A stretch of DNA of 54,982 nucleotides from Synechococcus sp. SB0668_bin_13 (GTDB lineage: Bacteria > Cyanobacteriota > Cyanobacteriia > PCC-6307 > Cyanobiaceae): positions 1-54,982 of the forward strand of contig VXWH01000042.1 of NCBI GenBank assembly GCA_009836025.1, written 5' to 3'. The notes below the pieces were generated by a model, which was not told the origin of the DNA, made no database searches, and saw only the letters and a list, made by a program, of their open reading frames with translations. The position numbers and the translations under genes are program-made. Of the stretch, positions 43,777 to 54,930 are shown one piece after another; the stretch's first letter is position 1; the number at the start of each line of letters is the position of its first letter.

Positions 43777-43849
43777 TACCCCCAAGGGGATTCGAACCCC
43801 TGCCGCCTCCGTGAAAGGGAGGTGTCCTAGGCCTCTAGACGATGGGGGC
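43777..43849 (-). tRNA. trnE: tRNA-Glu(TTC)
   Basis: GCCCCCATCGTCTAGAGGCCTAGGACACCTCCCTTTCACGGAGGCGGCAGGGGTTCGAATCCCCTTGGGGGTA; CCA not encoded. Confidence 0.97.
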
Positions 43850-43925
43850 TAGAGCTTTTGGCAAGACTCAATCATAGGCTTGGGAGGGGAAAGGGTCAAC
43901 CCTTTCCTTCTGCTTCCAGGGCAAC

Positions 43926-45056
43926 CTAGCGGCTGGGTAGTTTTTGGTTGTGCCAGACCGGAACGGTGAAATAGAAGCAGGATCCCTTGCCAAGCTCTGA
44001 CACCACCCAGATCTTGCCGGTATGGGCTTCCACAATCCGGCGACAGACGGAGAGACCCACGCCAAACCCCGTAGTTTTCCACGAGGTTTGCGACAGGCGC
44101 ACTTGATCCTGGAAAATGCGCTCTTGCTCGTCCACGGGGATGCCAGGGCCAGTGTCACAGATGCCCACTTGCACCCATTGACTGGTGCGATGCATCAGGC
44201 TCAGTTTCACCTGCCCCCCATCCGGGGTGAACTTGAAGGCATTTTCCAGCAGATTGAGCAGCACTTGGCGCATGCGGCGTGAGTCGGCAAACACGTCGGG
44301 GAGGTCCCTGGGGACATCCGTTTGCATGGCCAGGTTGCGGCCAGACCACATTTTTTCCAATTCCAGCAGCACATCGGCAGAGACCTGGGAGAGGCTGAGG
44401 CGTTGTGGATTGAAGAGGGTCTCCCAGCGGGTACTCCCCACCTCCAGCAGTTCGCTGGATAGCTGCTCCATGTCGTGGATGCGGCGCCCGAGGATATCCA
44501 GGAACTCCCCATTGCTAAGCTGACCTCGTTCGAAGCTTTGCAGGGCCAAGCTGGTTGTGGTCATGGGCGTTCGCAGGTCATGGGCTACCATGCGCAGTTG
44601 GCGCTCTTGAAATTGCAAGCGGGCAATTAAGGCTTCATTCTCCTGGCGCAGCACCAGAAGCTGATCCTCCAACTCCAGAACCCTGAGGCTATCGCGATCA
44701 TCCTCCACAGGTGAGGGAATGACCGGCATGGCCAAGCTGTTTAATCGCTCCATCTGGCCCCAACGCGGCAACCAGGCCCGCACTTGCCTCAGCATGGTGC
44801 TGCCTGTAAACACCTGCCGTGGCGGGGGGAAAAGCTTAACCAGCGCCGGCGTGGCTACAAGCTTGTGCAACTCCAGCAATTCCGGATTTTTTCTGGGATC
44901 AATGAGTTGAAGGCGGATGTCCGACTCGCGGTGGTCATTCCGCAGAAAGGCCGTCAACTGACGTAGGTCCTTGGTGGCCAGGTGATGCGGACTGGCCACG
45001 AGCAGAAGGGATACACAGACGCTGGCTTGCTGGTTGGTTGCAGTGGGACCACCCAC
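43926..45056 (-). CDS. sasA: Adaptive-response sensor kinase (KaiB-like N-domain + HisKA/HATPase)
   Basis: PELLELHKLVATPALVK, MVAHDLRTP, NLLENAFKFT, DTGPGI, GFGVGL. Confidence 0.88.
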   Translation of the reverse strand: MGGPTATNQQASVCVSLLLVASPHHLATKDLRQLTAFLRNDHRESDIRLQLIDPRKNPELLELHKLVATPALVKLFPPPRQVFTGSTMLRQVRAWLPRWGQMERLNSLAMPVIPSPVEDDRDSLRVLELEDQLLVLRQENEALIARLQFQERQLRMVAHDLRTPMTTTSLALQSFERGQLSNGEFLDILGRRIHDMEQLSSELLEVGSTRWETLFNPQRLSLSQVSADVLLELEKMWSGRNLAMQTDVPRDLPDVFADSRRMRQVLLNLLENAFKFTPDGGQVKLSLMHRTSQWVQVGICDTGPGIPVDEQERIFQDQVRLSQTSWKTTGFGVGLSVCRRIVEAHTGKIWVVSELGKGSCFYFTVPVWHNQKLPSR

Positions 45057-45272
45057 CTGTTAATGCTTACGGAGGTGAAGCCAGCGTAACCGATTCTTGA
45101 AGAGAATATGAAGATGTCATCGTTGACTGTTTCGATATCGTGACGCTTGGGAGGTGGAACCGGGAAGCTTCTGATCAGCGAAAGCTTTCCCCCTGGTCCA
45201 GGGGCGCAGTTCCCGCTAAACAAGACCAAGAGGTTGGCAGTGCTGGCCTGATCCGCCGTTGAGTTATTCCTG

Positions 45273-45854
45273 ATGTACCAGCATCCCAGTGAGCTGATTA
45301 CCCGCGTACCACTCACCAAAGGCCACGGACCCTTTGGCAACGGGGTTGACCAGGTTGTCCGCCGCTGGTTCAATCGCAACGTCGGCCTATGGCGCAGCCA
45401 CCGGCGGTTTGATTTCTGTGACGGCAGCACTGTGGCCATGGACACCATGCTGCGGATTGAATCCTTTGAAGACCCCTTGAAGGGGGATGCCTGCTACCGC
45501 TTCCGCTGGTGGCCTGCCCAGGAAGACACGCCGTTTGGCCGAAATCCTCCTTATGCCATCACAGGAACCATAGAAGCCTATCTCATTGGTCATCAGCTTT
45601 ACCGTAGCCGTGGCTATTTCTGCGGCTCCCCCACCCGTTCCCGCATCCGCCAAGTGGATGAGCAGGAGGTGGTGTTTGAGTCCCACTACATGGAATGGGA
45701 TATCCTGGAGCACATCCGCTTGGTGGATGACGCCCGCTATCGGGCGCGGTCCATCTACTCATGGCAAAACAGCACCTTGTCTCTTGTGGAAGTCCACCAT
45801 GAGGTGCGTGAAGATCTATCAACTGAAGAAGTAGCACAGGCAAACCTCAGTTGA
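45273..45854 (+). CDS. CpcS/CpeS-family phycobiliprotein lyase-like protein
   Basis: WFNRNVGLWRSHR, LYRSRGY, EHIRLV motifs. Confidence 0.7.
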   Translation: MYQHPSELITRVPLTKGHGPFGNGVDQVVRRWFNRNVGLWRSHRRFDFCDGSTVAMDTMLRIESFEDPLKGDACYRFRWWPAQEDTPFGRNPPYAITGTIEAYLIGHQLYRSRGYFCGSPTRSRIRQVDEQEVVFESHYMEWDILEHIRLVDDARYRARSIYSWQNSTLSLVEVHHEVREDLSTEEVAQANLS

Positions 45855-46001
45855 ACTTGGCGGTTGAACTGGAGTCGCGTCCTGACTTCCAGGCCATTAC
45901 GATTATTGGGCAGGACGGCAGAGATGCAGAGAGAGGGGAATTACAGGATTGAGTCCTGTTAGACCTTCCCTAACGCGATCTGGTCTTCGCCGGAAATTCA
46001 A

Positions 46002-46211
46002 CTAGGATTCATTGGCTTCATTGATTTGACGGGCAGCGTCCCAGAGACCGACCATGACCCTCATTCGCTGCAGGCGAATGGTTGATACAATCGGCTTTTC
46101 CATTCTGCCGAAGCAGAGGGTGGAGTCAAAGGTGCGTCGCAGGTCTTCTTTGCACAAAGCTTCCTGCTGCTTGACCAGGGTGGCTTGGCTGGCGTTGCTT
46201 TCCGTGTCCAT
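46002..46211 (-). CDS. Hypothetical protein (69 aa)
   Basis: ATG ORF preceded by AGAGG; no recognised motif. Confidence 0.4.
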   Translation of the reverse strand: MDTESNASQATLVKQQEALCKEDLRRTFDSTLCFGRMEKPIVSTIRLQRMRVMVGLWDAARQINEANES

Positions 46212-46342
46212 GGATACCTCTTGAAAGCTGGAAAATCGCTGAGCAATTCTAGGCGGATGCCCTGGACATCGTCAAGAGAAGCAGGGCCAGACGTGAACCA
46301 ATGACGAATCTGCCCCCATCATCCATCTGCACCCGCAGAAAG

Positions 46343-46519
46343 CTAGCTACATCTGGCCAGAGGTGCTGGTGCTGGCTTGCGTGGAAGCTTGCGCTCCATA
46401 AGGGCGAGGGGCGGCACCTCAAGCAGCCCGCTGGCCACCAGCAACCAACCATGGGCGCAGAAGCGCAGCGCCGCCACCACGGCCAAGCCAACACAAAGTG
46501 GACAGTGGGTGAGGCCCAT
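46343..46519 (-). CDS. Small CxxC protein (58 aa), below the ORF-track cutoff
   Basis: Manual translation: MGLTHCPLCVGLAVVAALRFCAHGWLLVASGLLEVPPLALMERKLPRKPAPAPLARCS. Confidence 0.65.
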   Translation of the reverse strand: MGLTHCPLCVGLAVVAALRFCAHGWLLVASGLLEVPPLALMERKLPRKPAPAPLARCS

Positions 46520-46648
46520 GAAGAATATTGTGCTGCCTTAGCTTGCCAGAGCGGAGCATCCCTGCTGCCGAGCCACTGGCCAAATCAAGAACAATTCTCC
46601 ATGGACGCCATGCCTTGGGCGGCCCGATGGCATGGATGCAAGCTCAAC

Positions 46649-47062
46649 TCAATCCACCTTGCCGCCAGCGGCCTGAAGCCGTGCCCGCGCCAGGCTGGCA
46701 TTCTGCTGGGCCTGAAGTTTTTCCGGGGTGTTGATTTGCTCTGCAACACGGGCCAATTCCTCCCGGGCCGCGGCAAAAGCCTGCTCGGCCTTGGCGCGAT
46801 CAATGGCGGCGCCCAACTCGGCCCCATTGACCAGCACGGTGACTTCATCGTCAATCACCTCGGCAAAGCCTCCCATCAGGGCAATGGAACTCCATGTGTA
46901 CCCCTCCCGTAGCCGCAGCACGCCCACGTCCAGGGCGGTGAGCAGGGAAACATGGCCCTTGAGCACCCCCAGTTGGCCGGTGGTGCTGGGCAGGATGACT
47001 TCATCAGCCGTCCCATCAAAAATTCTGGCGTCTGGGGCAAGCACCCGAACGGTGAGGCTCAT
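46649..47062 (-). CDS. atpC: ATP synthase epsilon subunit
   Basis: ILPSTTGQLGVLKGH, MGGFAE. Confidence 0.96.
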   Translation of the reverse strand: MSLTVRVLAPDARIFDGTADEVILPSTTGQLGVLKGHVSLLTALDVGVLRLREGYTWSSIALMGGFAEVIDDEVTVLVNGAELGAAIDRAKAEQAFAAAREELARVAEQINTPEKLQAQQNASLARARLQAAGGKVD

Positions 47063-47133
47063 GGCAATACACAGCAGCAGGGAGAACAGGGGGGTCCCAG
47101 CCTGGACTGGTCCCCCAATGGCGTGGGCGGAGT

Positions 47134-48639
<1,506 letters not shown>

Positions 48640-48679
48640 TTACCACCGCACTGACGGGCTGTGGGCGGACTGCGGGGGA

Positions 48680-48695
48680 GTTCGGTCAACCGCAC
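48680..48695 (+). promoter_or_regulatory. K-box (cyanobacterial groESL activation element)
   Basis: GTTCGG-TCAA-CCGCAC fits GTTCGG-NNAN-CCNNAC. Confidence 0.8.
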
Positions 48696-48733
48696 AGGCG
48701 AACCATTGTTGGGCGCCACCCTGCACCCCTACC

Positions 48734-48760
48734 TTGGCGCTCAAGCGTCGAGAGTGCCAA
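48734..48760 (+). promoter_or_regulatory. CIRCE (HrcA operator)
   Basis: TTGGCGCTC-N9-GAGTGCCAA versus consensus TTAGCACTC-N9-GAGTGCTAA, upstream of groES. Confidence 0.85.
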
Positions 48761-48864
48761 CTCTGGCGTCAACCCATGGCTTGCCTGACGAGGGCTGGCC
48801 AATCCAAGGCCAACCCAACCCAGGAGCCACCTTGGTTTTCAGATGCTGAAACTCCCCTTTTCCC

Positions 48865-49176
48865 ATGGCAGCAGTGAATCTCAGCGTTTCCACCGTCAAG
48901 CCCCTCGGTGACCGCGTCTTCATCAAGGTCTCCGAGTCCGAAGAGAAAACCTCCGGCGGCATCCTCCTTCCCGATACCGCCAAGGAGAAGCCCCAAGTGG
49001 GCGAAGTAGCCCAGGTGGGCCCCGGCAAGCGCAACGATGATGGCACCCGGCAGACTCCGGAAATAAGCGTTGGCGACCGTGTGCTCTACAGCAAGTACGC
49101 CGGCACGGACATCAAGCTGGGGGCCGATGAGTACGTCCTGCTCAGCGAGAAAGACATTCTCGCCATTGTGAACTGA
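48865..49176 (+). CDS. groES: Co-chaperonin GroES
   Basis: [27 protein letters not shown]. Confidence 0.98.
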   Translation: MAAVNLSVSTVKPLGDRVFIKVSESEEKTSGGILLPDTAKEKPQVGEVAQVGPGKRNDDGTRQTPEISVGDRVLYSKYAGTDIKLGADEYVLLSEKDILAIVN

Positions 49177-49223
49177 TCTCCCCGTCTCCTTTCCCCTTCC
49201 AATCTTCCTGAAAAACACGTCCC

Positions 49224-50864
49224 ATGGCCAAGCGCATCATCTACAGCGAAAGCGCCCGCCGCGCTCTGGAAAAAGGCATCGATACCCTCAATGAAGCCGT
49301 TGCCGTGACCCTGGGTCCCAAGGGCCGCAACGTGGTGCTGGAGAAGAAATTCGGCGCCCCCCAGATCATCAACGACGGCATCACCATCGCCAAAGAGATC
49401 GAACTGGAGGATCACATTGAAAACACCGGCGTGGCCCTGATCCGCCAGGCCGCCTCCAAAACCAACGACGCCGCCGGCGACGGCACCACCACCGCCACCG
49501 TGCTGGCCCACGCCATGGTGAAGGCCGGTCTGCGCAACGTGGCCGCCGGCGCCAACGCCATCTCCCTGAAGCGGGGCATCGACAAGGCCGCCGATTTCCT
49601 GGTGAGCGAGATTGAGAAGCACGCCGTCCCGGTGACGGACAACAACGCCATTGCCCAGGTGGGCGCCATTGCCGCTGGCAACGATGCCGACGTGGGTCAG
49701 AAAATCGCCGACGCCATGGACAAGGTGGGCAAGGAAGGCGTCATCTCCCTGGAAGAAGGCAAGTCCATGAGCACCGAACTGGAGGTGACCGAGGGCATGC
49801 GCTTCGACAAGGGCTACATCTCCCCCTACTTCGCCACCGACAACGAGCGCATGGAAGCGGTGCTGGAGGAGCCCTACATCCTGCTTACCGACAAGAAGAT
49901 CACCCTGGTGCAGGATCTGGTGCCCGTGCTGGAGCAAATCGCCCGCACCGGCAAGCCCCTGCTGATCATTGCCGAGGACATCGAGAAAGAAGCCCTGGCC
50001 ACCCTGGTGGTGAACCGTCTGCGGGGTGTGCTGAACGTGGCTGCCGTCAAGGCGCCCGGCTTTGGTGACCGCCGCAAGGCCATGCTGGAGGACATGGCCG
50101 TGCTCACCGGTGGTCAGATGATCACCGAGGACGCCGGTCTCAAGCTGGACAACGCCAAGGTGGACATGATGGGCAGCGCCCGTCGGGTGACCATCACCAA
50201 GGACACCACCACCATCGTGGCCGATGGCCATGAAGCCCAGGTGAAGGAGCGCTGCGAGCAGATCCGCCGCCAAATCGACGAGACGGATTCCTCCTACGAC
50301 AAGGAGAAGCTGCAAGAGCGCCTGGCCAAGCTGGCTGGCGGTGTGGCCGTGGTGAAGGTGGGCGCCGCCCCGGAGACGGAGATGAAGGACAAGAAGCTAC
50401 GCCTGGAGGATGCCATCAACGCCACCAAAGCGGCTGTGGAAGAGGGCATTGTTCCCGGTGGGGGCACCACCCTGGTGCATCTGATGCCCCAACTCCAGGC
50501 CTGGGCTACGGACAATCTTTCCGGTGAAGAGCAGACCGGCGCCATGATCATGGCCTCCGCCTTGACCGCTCCCCTGTGCCGCATTGCGGACAACGCCGGC
50601 ATCAACGGCGCCGTGGTGGCGGAGAACGTGAAGGGTCGCCCCTTCAACGAGGGCTACAACGCCGCCAAGGATTCCTACGAGGACCTGCTGGCTGCCGGCA
50701 TTGTGGACCCGGCCAAGGTGACCCGCTCCGCCCTGCAAAACGCCGCCTCCATCGCCGGCATGGTGCTCACCACCGAGTGCATCGTGGCGGATCTGCCCGA
50801 GAAGAAGGAAGCCGCTCCTGCCGCTCCCGGCGGCGGTGGCATGGGTGGGGACTTCGACTACTGA
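49224..50864 (+). CDS. groEL: Chaperonin GroEL
   Basis: [24 protein letters not shown]. Confidence 0.99.
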   Translation: MAKRIIYSESARRALEKGIDTLNEAVAVTLGPKGRNVVLEKKFGAPQIINDGITIAKEIELEDHIENTGVALIRQAASKTNDAAGDGTTTATVLAHAMVKAGLRNVAAGANAISLKRGIDKAADFLVSEIEKHAVPVTDNNAIAQVGAIAAGNDADVGQKIADAMDKVGKEGVISLEEGKSMSTELEVTEGMRFDKGYISPYFATDNERMEAVLEEPYILLTDKKITLVQDLVPVLEQIARTGKPLLIIAEDIEKEALATLVVNRLRGVLNVAAVKAPGFGDRRKAMLEDMAVLTGGQMITEDAGLKLDNAKVDMMGSARRVTITKDTTTIVADGHEAQVKERCEQIRRQIDETDSSYDKEKLQERLAKLAGGVAVVKVGAAPETEMKDKKLRLEDAINATKAAVEEGIVPGGGTTLVHLMPQLQAWATDNLSGEEQTGAMIMASALTAPLCRIADNAGINGAVVAENVKGRPFNEGYNAAKDSYEDLLAAGIVDPAKVTRSALQNAASIAGMVLTTECIVADLPEKKEAAPAAPGGGGMGGDFDY

Positions 50865-50914
50865 TTTCCCCAGTGGTCGGGTTCCATGTCACATCCTGGA
50901 ACTTCTACACGTGT

Positions 50915-50940
50915 GGCGCCTCCTGCGGGGGGCGCTTTTT
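50915..50940 (+). terminator. Rho-independent terminator of groESL
   Basis: ggcgcctcc-tgcg-ggggcgc followed by TTTTT. Confidence 0.75.
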
Positions 50941-51325
50941 GGTTGGCGAGTTAATTGGCGCAGGGTTGGGCGGAACCGCAGCGCCGGGCGCCGGGCATCT
51001 CGGCATCAAAGATCCTGTTGGCATCCGCTTGGGAGAGGCCTCGACAATCCGGGAGTGGTACTGGGACCTGCCGATGCGGTAGCGAATCTCCCATCTCCTC
51101 ATGGGCATGGGTTACATGAAGCACACCCACAGATGATGACATGGGAGAGGGTGTGCCGGGGGCTGGCTTCCAGGGGGGCGTGGGGTTGCATCAAGCCTTG
51201 CCGCCGAGGCGTTGCGACCTCGTCATGGACTGTATAGCGCCAGCAAGGTCACGACGGAACTGGTGGGTGGCCTGGACTTTGCCCACTGGGGTAGTAAGAT
51301 CGCGGTGGTCCAGTCACGCAGGGTG

Positions 51326-51637
51326 ATGCCATTCTCAGACGAAACAAAATCTCGCATCATTGAAGCTGTGCATTCCGACCCTGGGCAAACCGGCAGGCAG
51401 ATTGCATTGCGCCTCGGATTAAGAAAGTCTCAGGTGAATTCTTTTCTCTATAGAAAAGGGCGTGAACATGGGGTGTTTGATCGTGGATGGCGTTGGTATC
51501 CATCTGCTCCATCTAGACAAGAACCTCGAGAATCCGCTCATCTTCAGTCTGAGTTGGCGCGTTCACTGCTGGTGGTAAGGTGGTTGATTGTGGCTCTTGT
51601 TGCGTTCGCAATTGTCTGCTTTCTGGCGACAAGATGA
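51326..51637 (+). CDS. Winged-helix (Zalpha-like) domain + C-terminal TM protein
   Basis: QTGRQIALRLGLRKSQVNSFLY...WRW; hydrophobic LLVVRWLIVALVAFAIVCFL. Confidence 0.7.
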   Translation: MPFSDETKSRIIEAVHSDPGQTGRQIALRLGLRKSQVNSFLYRKGREHGVFDRGWRWYPSAPSRQEPRESAHLQSELARSLLVVRWLIVALVAFAIVCFLATR

Positions 51638-51900
51638 TAGAAGAAATCACCATTCCTGCTCCGTTCGCTGGTGGCAGCACCGTGGTGTGGCAGGCCTTCC
51701 TTAACGATCCTAAGACTGGGACCCCACTACCCGGGAGTGCTGGTCTGGGATGGCGCTTGAGCAACTGCCTACTCAGGTGGTGCCGGCACCGTTTGTGCAG
51801 GTTCCCCCCGCCCGCCTGCCTGAGGATCGGCTGCTGGACGCCGTGGAAGAAGCGATTGGCATCCGACCAAGAGAAAATTGAGGTTCGGCTGACCAGTTAA
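51634..51900 (+). CDS. Small hypothetical protein coupled to the upstream gene (possibly frameshifted)
   Basis: ATGA start/stop overlap at 51634-51637; MIEEITIPAPFAGG... Confidence 0.4.
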   Translation: MIEEITIPAPFAGGSTVVWQAFLNDPKTGTPLPGSAGLGWRLSNCLLRWCRHRLCRFPPPACLRIGCWTPWKKRLASDQEKIEVRLTS

Positions 51901-51937
51901 AGCGAACCACCTATATTGCCGATGTCACACTGCCTAG

Positions 51938-53188
51938 ATGCCCCTGCCTCACCCTCCCAATCTGGACTGGTCCACGCAGTCCAGGCCATCGGTCATCGAC
52001 TTTTTCGCTGGGGCCGGGGGGCTCTCTCTCGGCTTTGCTCGTGCTGGGTTCCGCGTGGAAATGGCTGTGGACAACTGTGCCGCCGCCGTGGAGACTCATC
52101 GCTGGAATCTCGGTGCCCCTGCCCGAGATCTTGACCTGAGCGCGGGAAATCTTGTGCTCCCCTCAGCAACGGTGATTGTGGGAGGTCCGCCCTGTCAGGG
52201 TTTCTCGTCTGCAGGGCAGCGGAAGCAGGGAGACAAGCGCAATACGCTTGTCAGCCGTTTCGCCAGGCTGGTTGCTCAGTTCCGTCCGGCGATGTTCGTA
52301 TTCGAGAACGTGGAGGGATTCATCACTGCAGAGGGGGGATCAAGGGTCATGGAGTTGCTTGAGCCATTGGTAGTGGCGGGGTATCGGATCCATCTTCGCA
52401 AGGGCAACGCTGCCAACTTCGGGGTTCCACAACATCGGAAGCGCGTGATCGCCATTGGAGCCCTGGGATGGGATCCCCACTTCCCGGAACCGACGCACAC
52501 GGCCTATGGCGCACCGGGCGCTCGCTTAGGCGGATTCCATCTGCCGCCAACTCCAACCCTGGGAGAGGCTCTTGCCAACCTCCCGCTGGCCTCGGAAGTT
52601 GGTCCCGGCGAACCTGAGGATCACTACCGTGTTCCGCTGGAGGGTCGGGATCTGGAACGGGCGCGGATGCTTCGTCCGGGCCAGACGATGAAGGATCTGC
52701 CTGAATCCTATTGGCACGACAGCTACCGTCGGCGGGCGTTTCGGCGTGTCATGGACGGAACGCCAACGGAGAGAAGAGGGGGAGCTCCTGCTGGGATCCG
52801 GCGGCTGCGCCTGGAGGAACCGTCCAAGGCCATCACCGGTGCGGCGCGCAACGAGTTTGTCCACCCGAGGGAAGACCGCTGCCTGACCGTGAGAGAGTGT
52901 GCCCGCCTGCAGACGTTCCCGGATCGTTTCCGGTTCTTCGGGAGTGCCTCGGAACGGATGCAGTTGATTGGAAACGCGGTGCCACCACGCCTGGCTTCAA
53001 AGATCGCTGATTCCGTGCTTCAGAGCCTGCAATCAGCTAAGATCCGTGGAGAACCAGGAGCGCTTCTGAGCTTTGTTCCAACGCTCTCCAATGGGATGAG
53101 CCCGGCTTTGGAGAAGGTTGTGCGAGAGGTACGATCACGCTATCCGGAGCCTGCTGGAAGGAGGATGCAACTCTCTCTATGGTCTTGA
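51938..53188 (+). CDS. DNA (cytosine-5) methyltransferase
   Basis: FAGAGG (I), GGPPCQGFS (IV), ENV (VI), QHRKR (VIII), RECARLQTFP (IX), GNAV (X). Confidence 0.96.
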   Translation: MPLPHPPNLDWSTQSRPSVIDFFAGAGGLSLGFARAGFRVEMAVDNCAAAVETHRWNLGAPARDLDLSAGNLVLPSATVIVGGPPCQGFSSAGQRKQGDKRNTLVSRFARLVAQFRPAMFVFENVEGFITAEGGSRVMELLEPLVVAGYRIHLRKGNAANFGVPQHRKRVIAIGALGWDPHFPEPTHTAYGAPGARLGGFHLPPTPTLGEALANLPLASEVGPGEPEDHYRVPLEGRDLERARMLRPGQTMKDLPESYWHDSYRRRAFRRVMDGTPTERRGGAPAGIRRLRLEEPSKAITGAARNEFVHPREDRCLTVRECARLQTFPDRFRFFGSASERMQLIGNAVPPRLASKIADSVLQSLQSAKIRGEPGALLSFVPTLSNGMSPALEKVVREVRSRYPEPAGRRMQLSLWS

Positions 53189-54183
53189 CACAGGGCCAGA
53201 AGACGATGATTGCCCGCGTGCAATCTCTCGGCTCCGGCGGGCAGGCCGTCGCACTGAATGAAGAAGTATGCGCGTACCTCGTTGCGGTGATTGTGCGTGA
53301 CCTGGATCTCCATGCCCACTTCCCGGAAACACCGGAGACGTTCCCCAAGTTTTTCAGCCCTGGTCCACTGTCGCGTTTGAAGCTTGCTAAGATCCCGTTC
53401 CTGGAAATGTTCGAGCGCCTCGTTGCCCTGGACCCCAATGCGGACGTCTACTTCGAGAGCTTGGCTGCTCTCCACAAAGCGCGTCTAAAGTATGAGCGTA
53501 TTCTGGAAACGCAGGCTGTCCCAAACCTGGACCAAGTCGGTCCCAGGGGACTATTGCAGTACGGCGGCATGAACCCGAAGATGCTGGCCGGGTTCCTGTT
53601 GTGGAGGAAATGGATTTTCGACATCGACAATCGTGCCGGACAGGAGACCGGTTACCTTTTTGAGCCGATCATCGCTGCGGCCATTGGGGGAGTGCCCGCG
53701 AGTGCCAGGAAGAGTCCAGTCAAGCGACGGAAGGACAGTAACAAAGGCCGACAGGTGGACTGCCTCCGCGAGAACCGGGCATACGAGATCAAGATCAGGA
53801 TGACAATTGCGGCGTCCGGTCAAGGCCGTTGGGGAGAGGAATTGGAGTTCCCGGAGGACTGCCGGCAGAGTGGTTATGTCCCTGTCCTTATCGTGTTGGA
53901 CCCGACACCGAGCCCGAAGCTGGACGAACTCCGAGCGGCGTTCCTCAATGCTGGCGGGGAAGTCTATGTCGGTCAAGACGCATGGGCGCACCTTGAGCAT
54001 CTCGCCGGATCTACGATGGCCCGATTCCTGGAGCAGTACGTTCACAATCCGCTTCAAGTGCTACTTGCCGAGGAACCGACTCAACTGCCCGATCTGTTGT
54101 TGGCAATGGGTGATGAGTACTTGACGATTCGTGTAGGAGACGAGGAGTTTTCCATTCCCCGCACACGCACAGGTGAGGATTGA
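53179..54183 (+). CDS. Putative type II restriction endonuclease (PD-(D/E)XK)
   Basis: Overlaps the MTase stop codon; GYLFE...QVDC...AYEIK resembles an E..D..ExK active site. Confidence 0.75.
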   Translation: MVLTQGQKTMIARVQSLGSGGQAVALNEEVCAYLVAVIVRDLDLHAHFPETPETFPKFFSPGPLSRLKLAKIPFLEMFERLVALDPNADVYFESLAALHKARLKYERILETQAVPNLDQVGPRGLLQYGGMNPKMLAGFLLWRKWIFDIDNRAGQETGYLFEPIIAAAIGGVPASARKSPVKRRKDSNKGRQVDCLRENRAYEIKIRMTIAASGQGRWGEELEFPEDCRQSGYVPVLIVLDPTPSPKLDELRAAFLNAGGEVYVGQDAWAHLEHLAGSTMARFLEQYVHNPLQVLLAEEPTQLPDLLLAMGDEYLTIRVGDEEFSIPRTRTGED

Positions 54184-54256
54184 GAATGAAGATCCGATGC
54201 CAGGGAATCCTGAACGGCAAGTAAGTCTGTGTCCAGTACCTTCACCCGAGCACGGC

Positions 54257-54929
54257 TGGTGAACCGTCTGCGGGGTGTGCTGAACGTGGCTGCCGTCAAG
54301 GCGCCCGGCTTTGGTGACCGCCGCAAGGCCATGCTGGAGGACATGGCCGTGCTCACCGGTGGTCAGATGATCACCGAGGACGCCGGTCTCAAGCTGGACA
54401 ACGCCAAGGTGGACATGATGGGCAGCGCCCGTCGGGTGACCATCACCAAGGACACCACCACCATCGTGGCCGATGGCCATGAAGCCCAGGTGAAGGAGCG
54501 CTGCGAGCAGATCCGCCGCCAAATCGACGAGACGGATTCCTCCTACGACAAGGAGAAGCTGCAAGAGCGCCTGGCCAAGCTGGCTGGCGGTGTGGCCGTG
54601 GTGAAGGTGGGCGCCGCCCCGGAGACGGAGATGAAGGACAAGAAGCTACGCCTGGAGGATGCCATCAACGCCACCAAAGCGGCTGTGGAAGAGGGCATTG
54701 TTCCCGGTGGGGGCACCACCCTGGTGCATCTGATGCCCCAACTCCAGGCCTGGGCTACGGACAATCTTTCCGGTGAAGAGCAGACCGGCGCCATGATCAT
54801 GGCCTCCGCCTTGACCGCTCCCCTGTGCCGCATTGCGGACAACGCCGGCATCAACGGCGCCGTGGTGGCGGAGAACGTGAAGGGTCGCCCCTTCAACGAG
54901 GGCTACAACGCCGCCACGGATTCCTACGA
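54257..54929 (+). pseudogene. groEL: Duplicated internal/3' groEL fragment (direct repeat of 50008-50680)
   Basis: Matches the first copy by eye except AAG>ACG at 54917; lacks the 5' half; ends at an IS end. Confidence 0.92.
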
Positions 54930-54930
54930 A

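Noticed and set aside
46002-46211. NblA-like identity for the 69-aa ORF
   Set aside because: Only size and a vague resemblance; the conserved NblA residues are not convincingly present.
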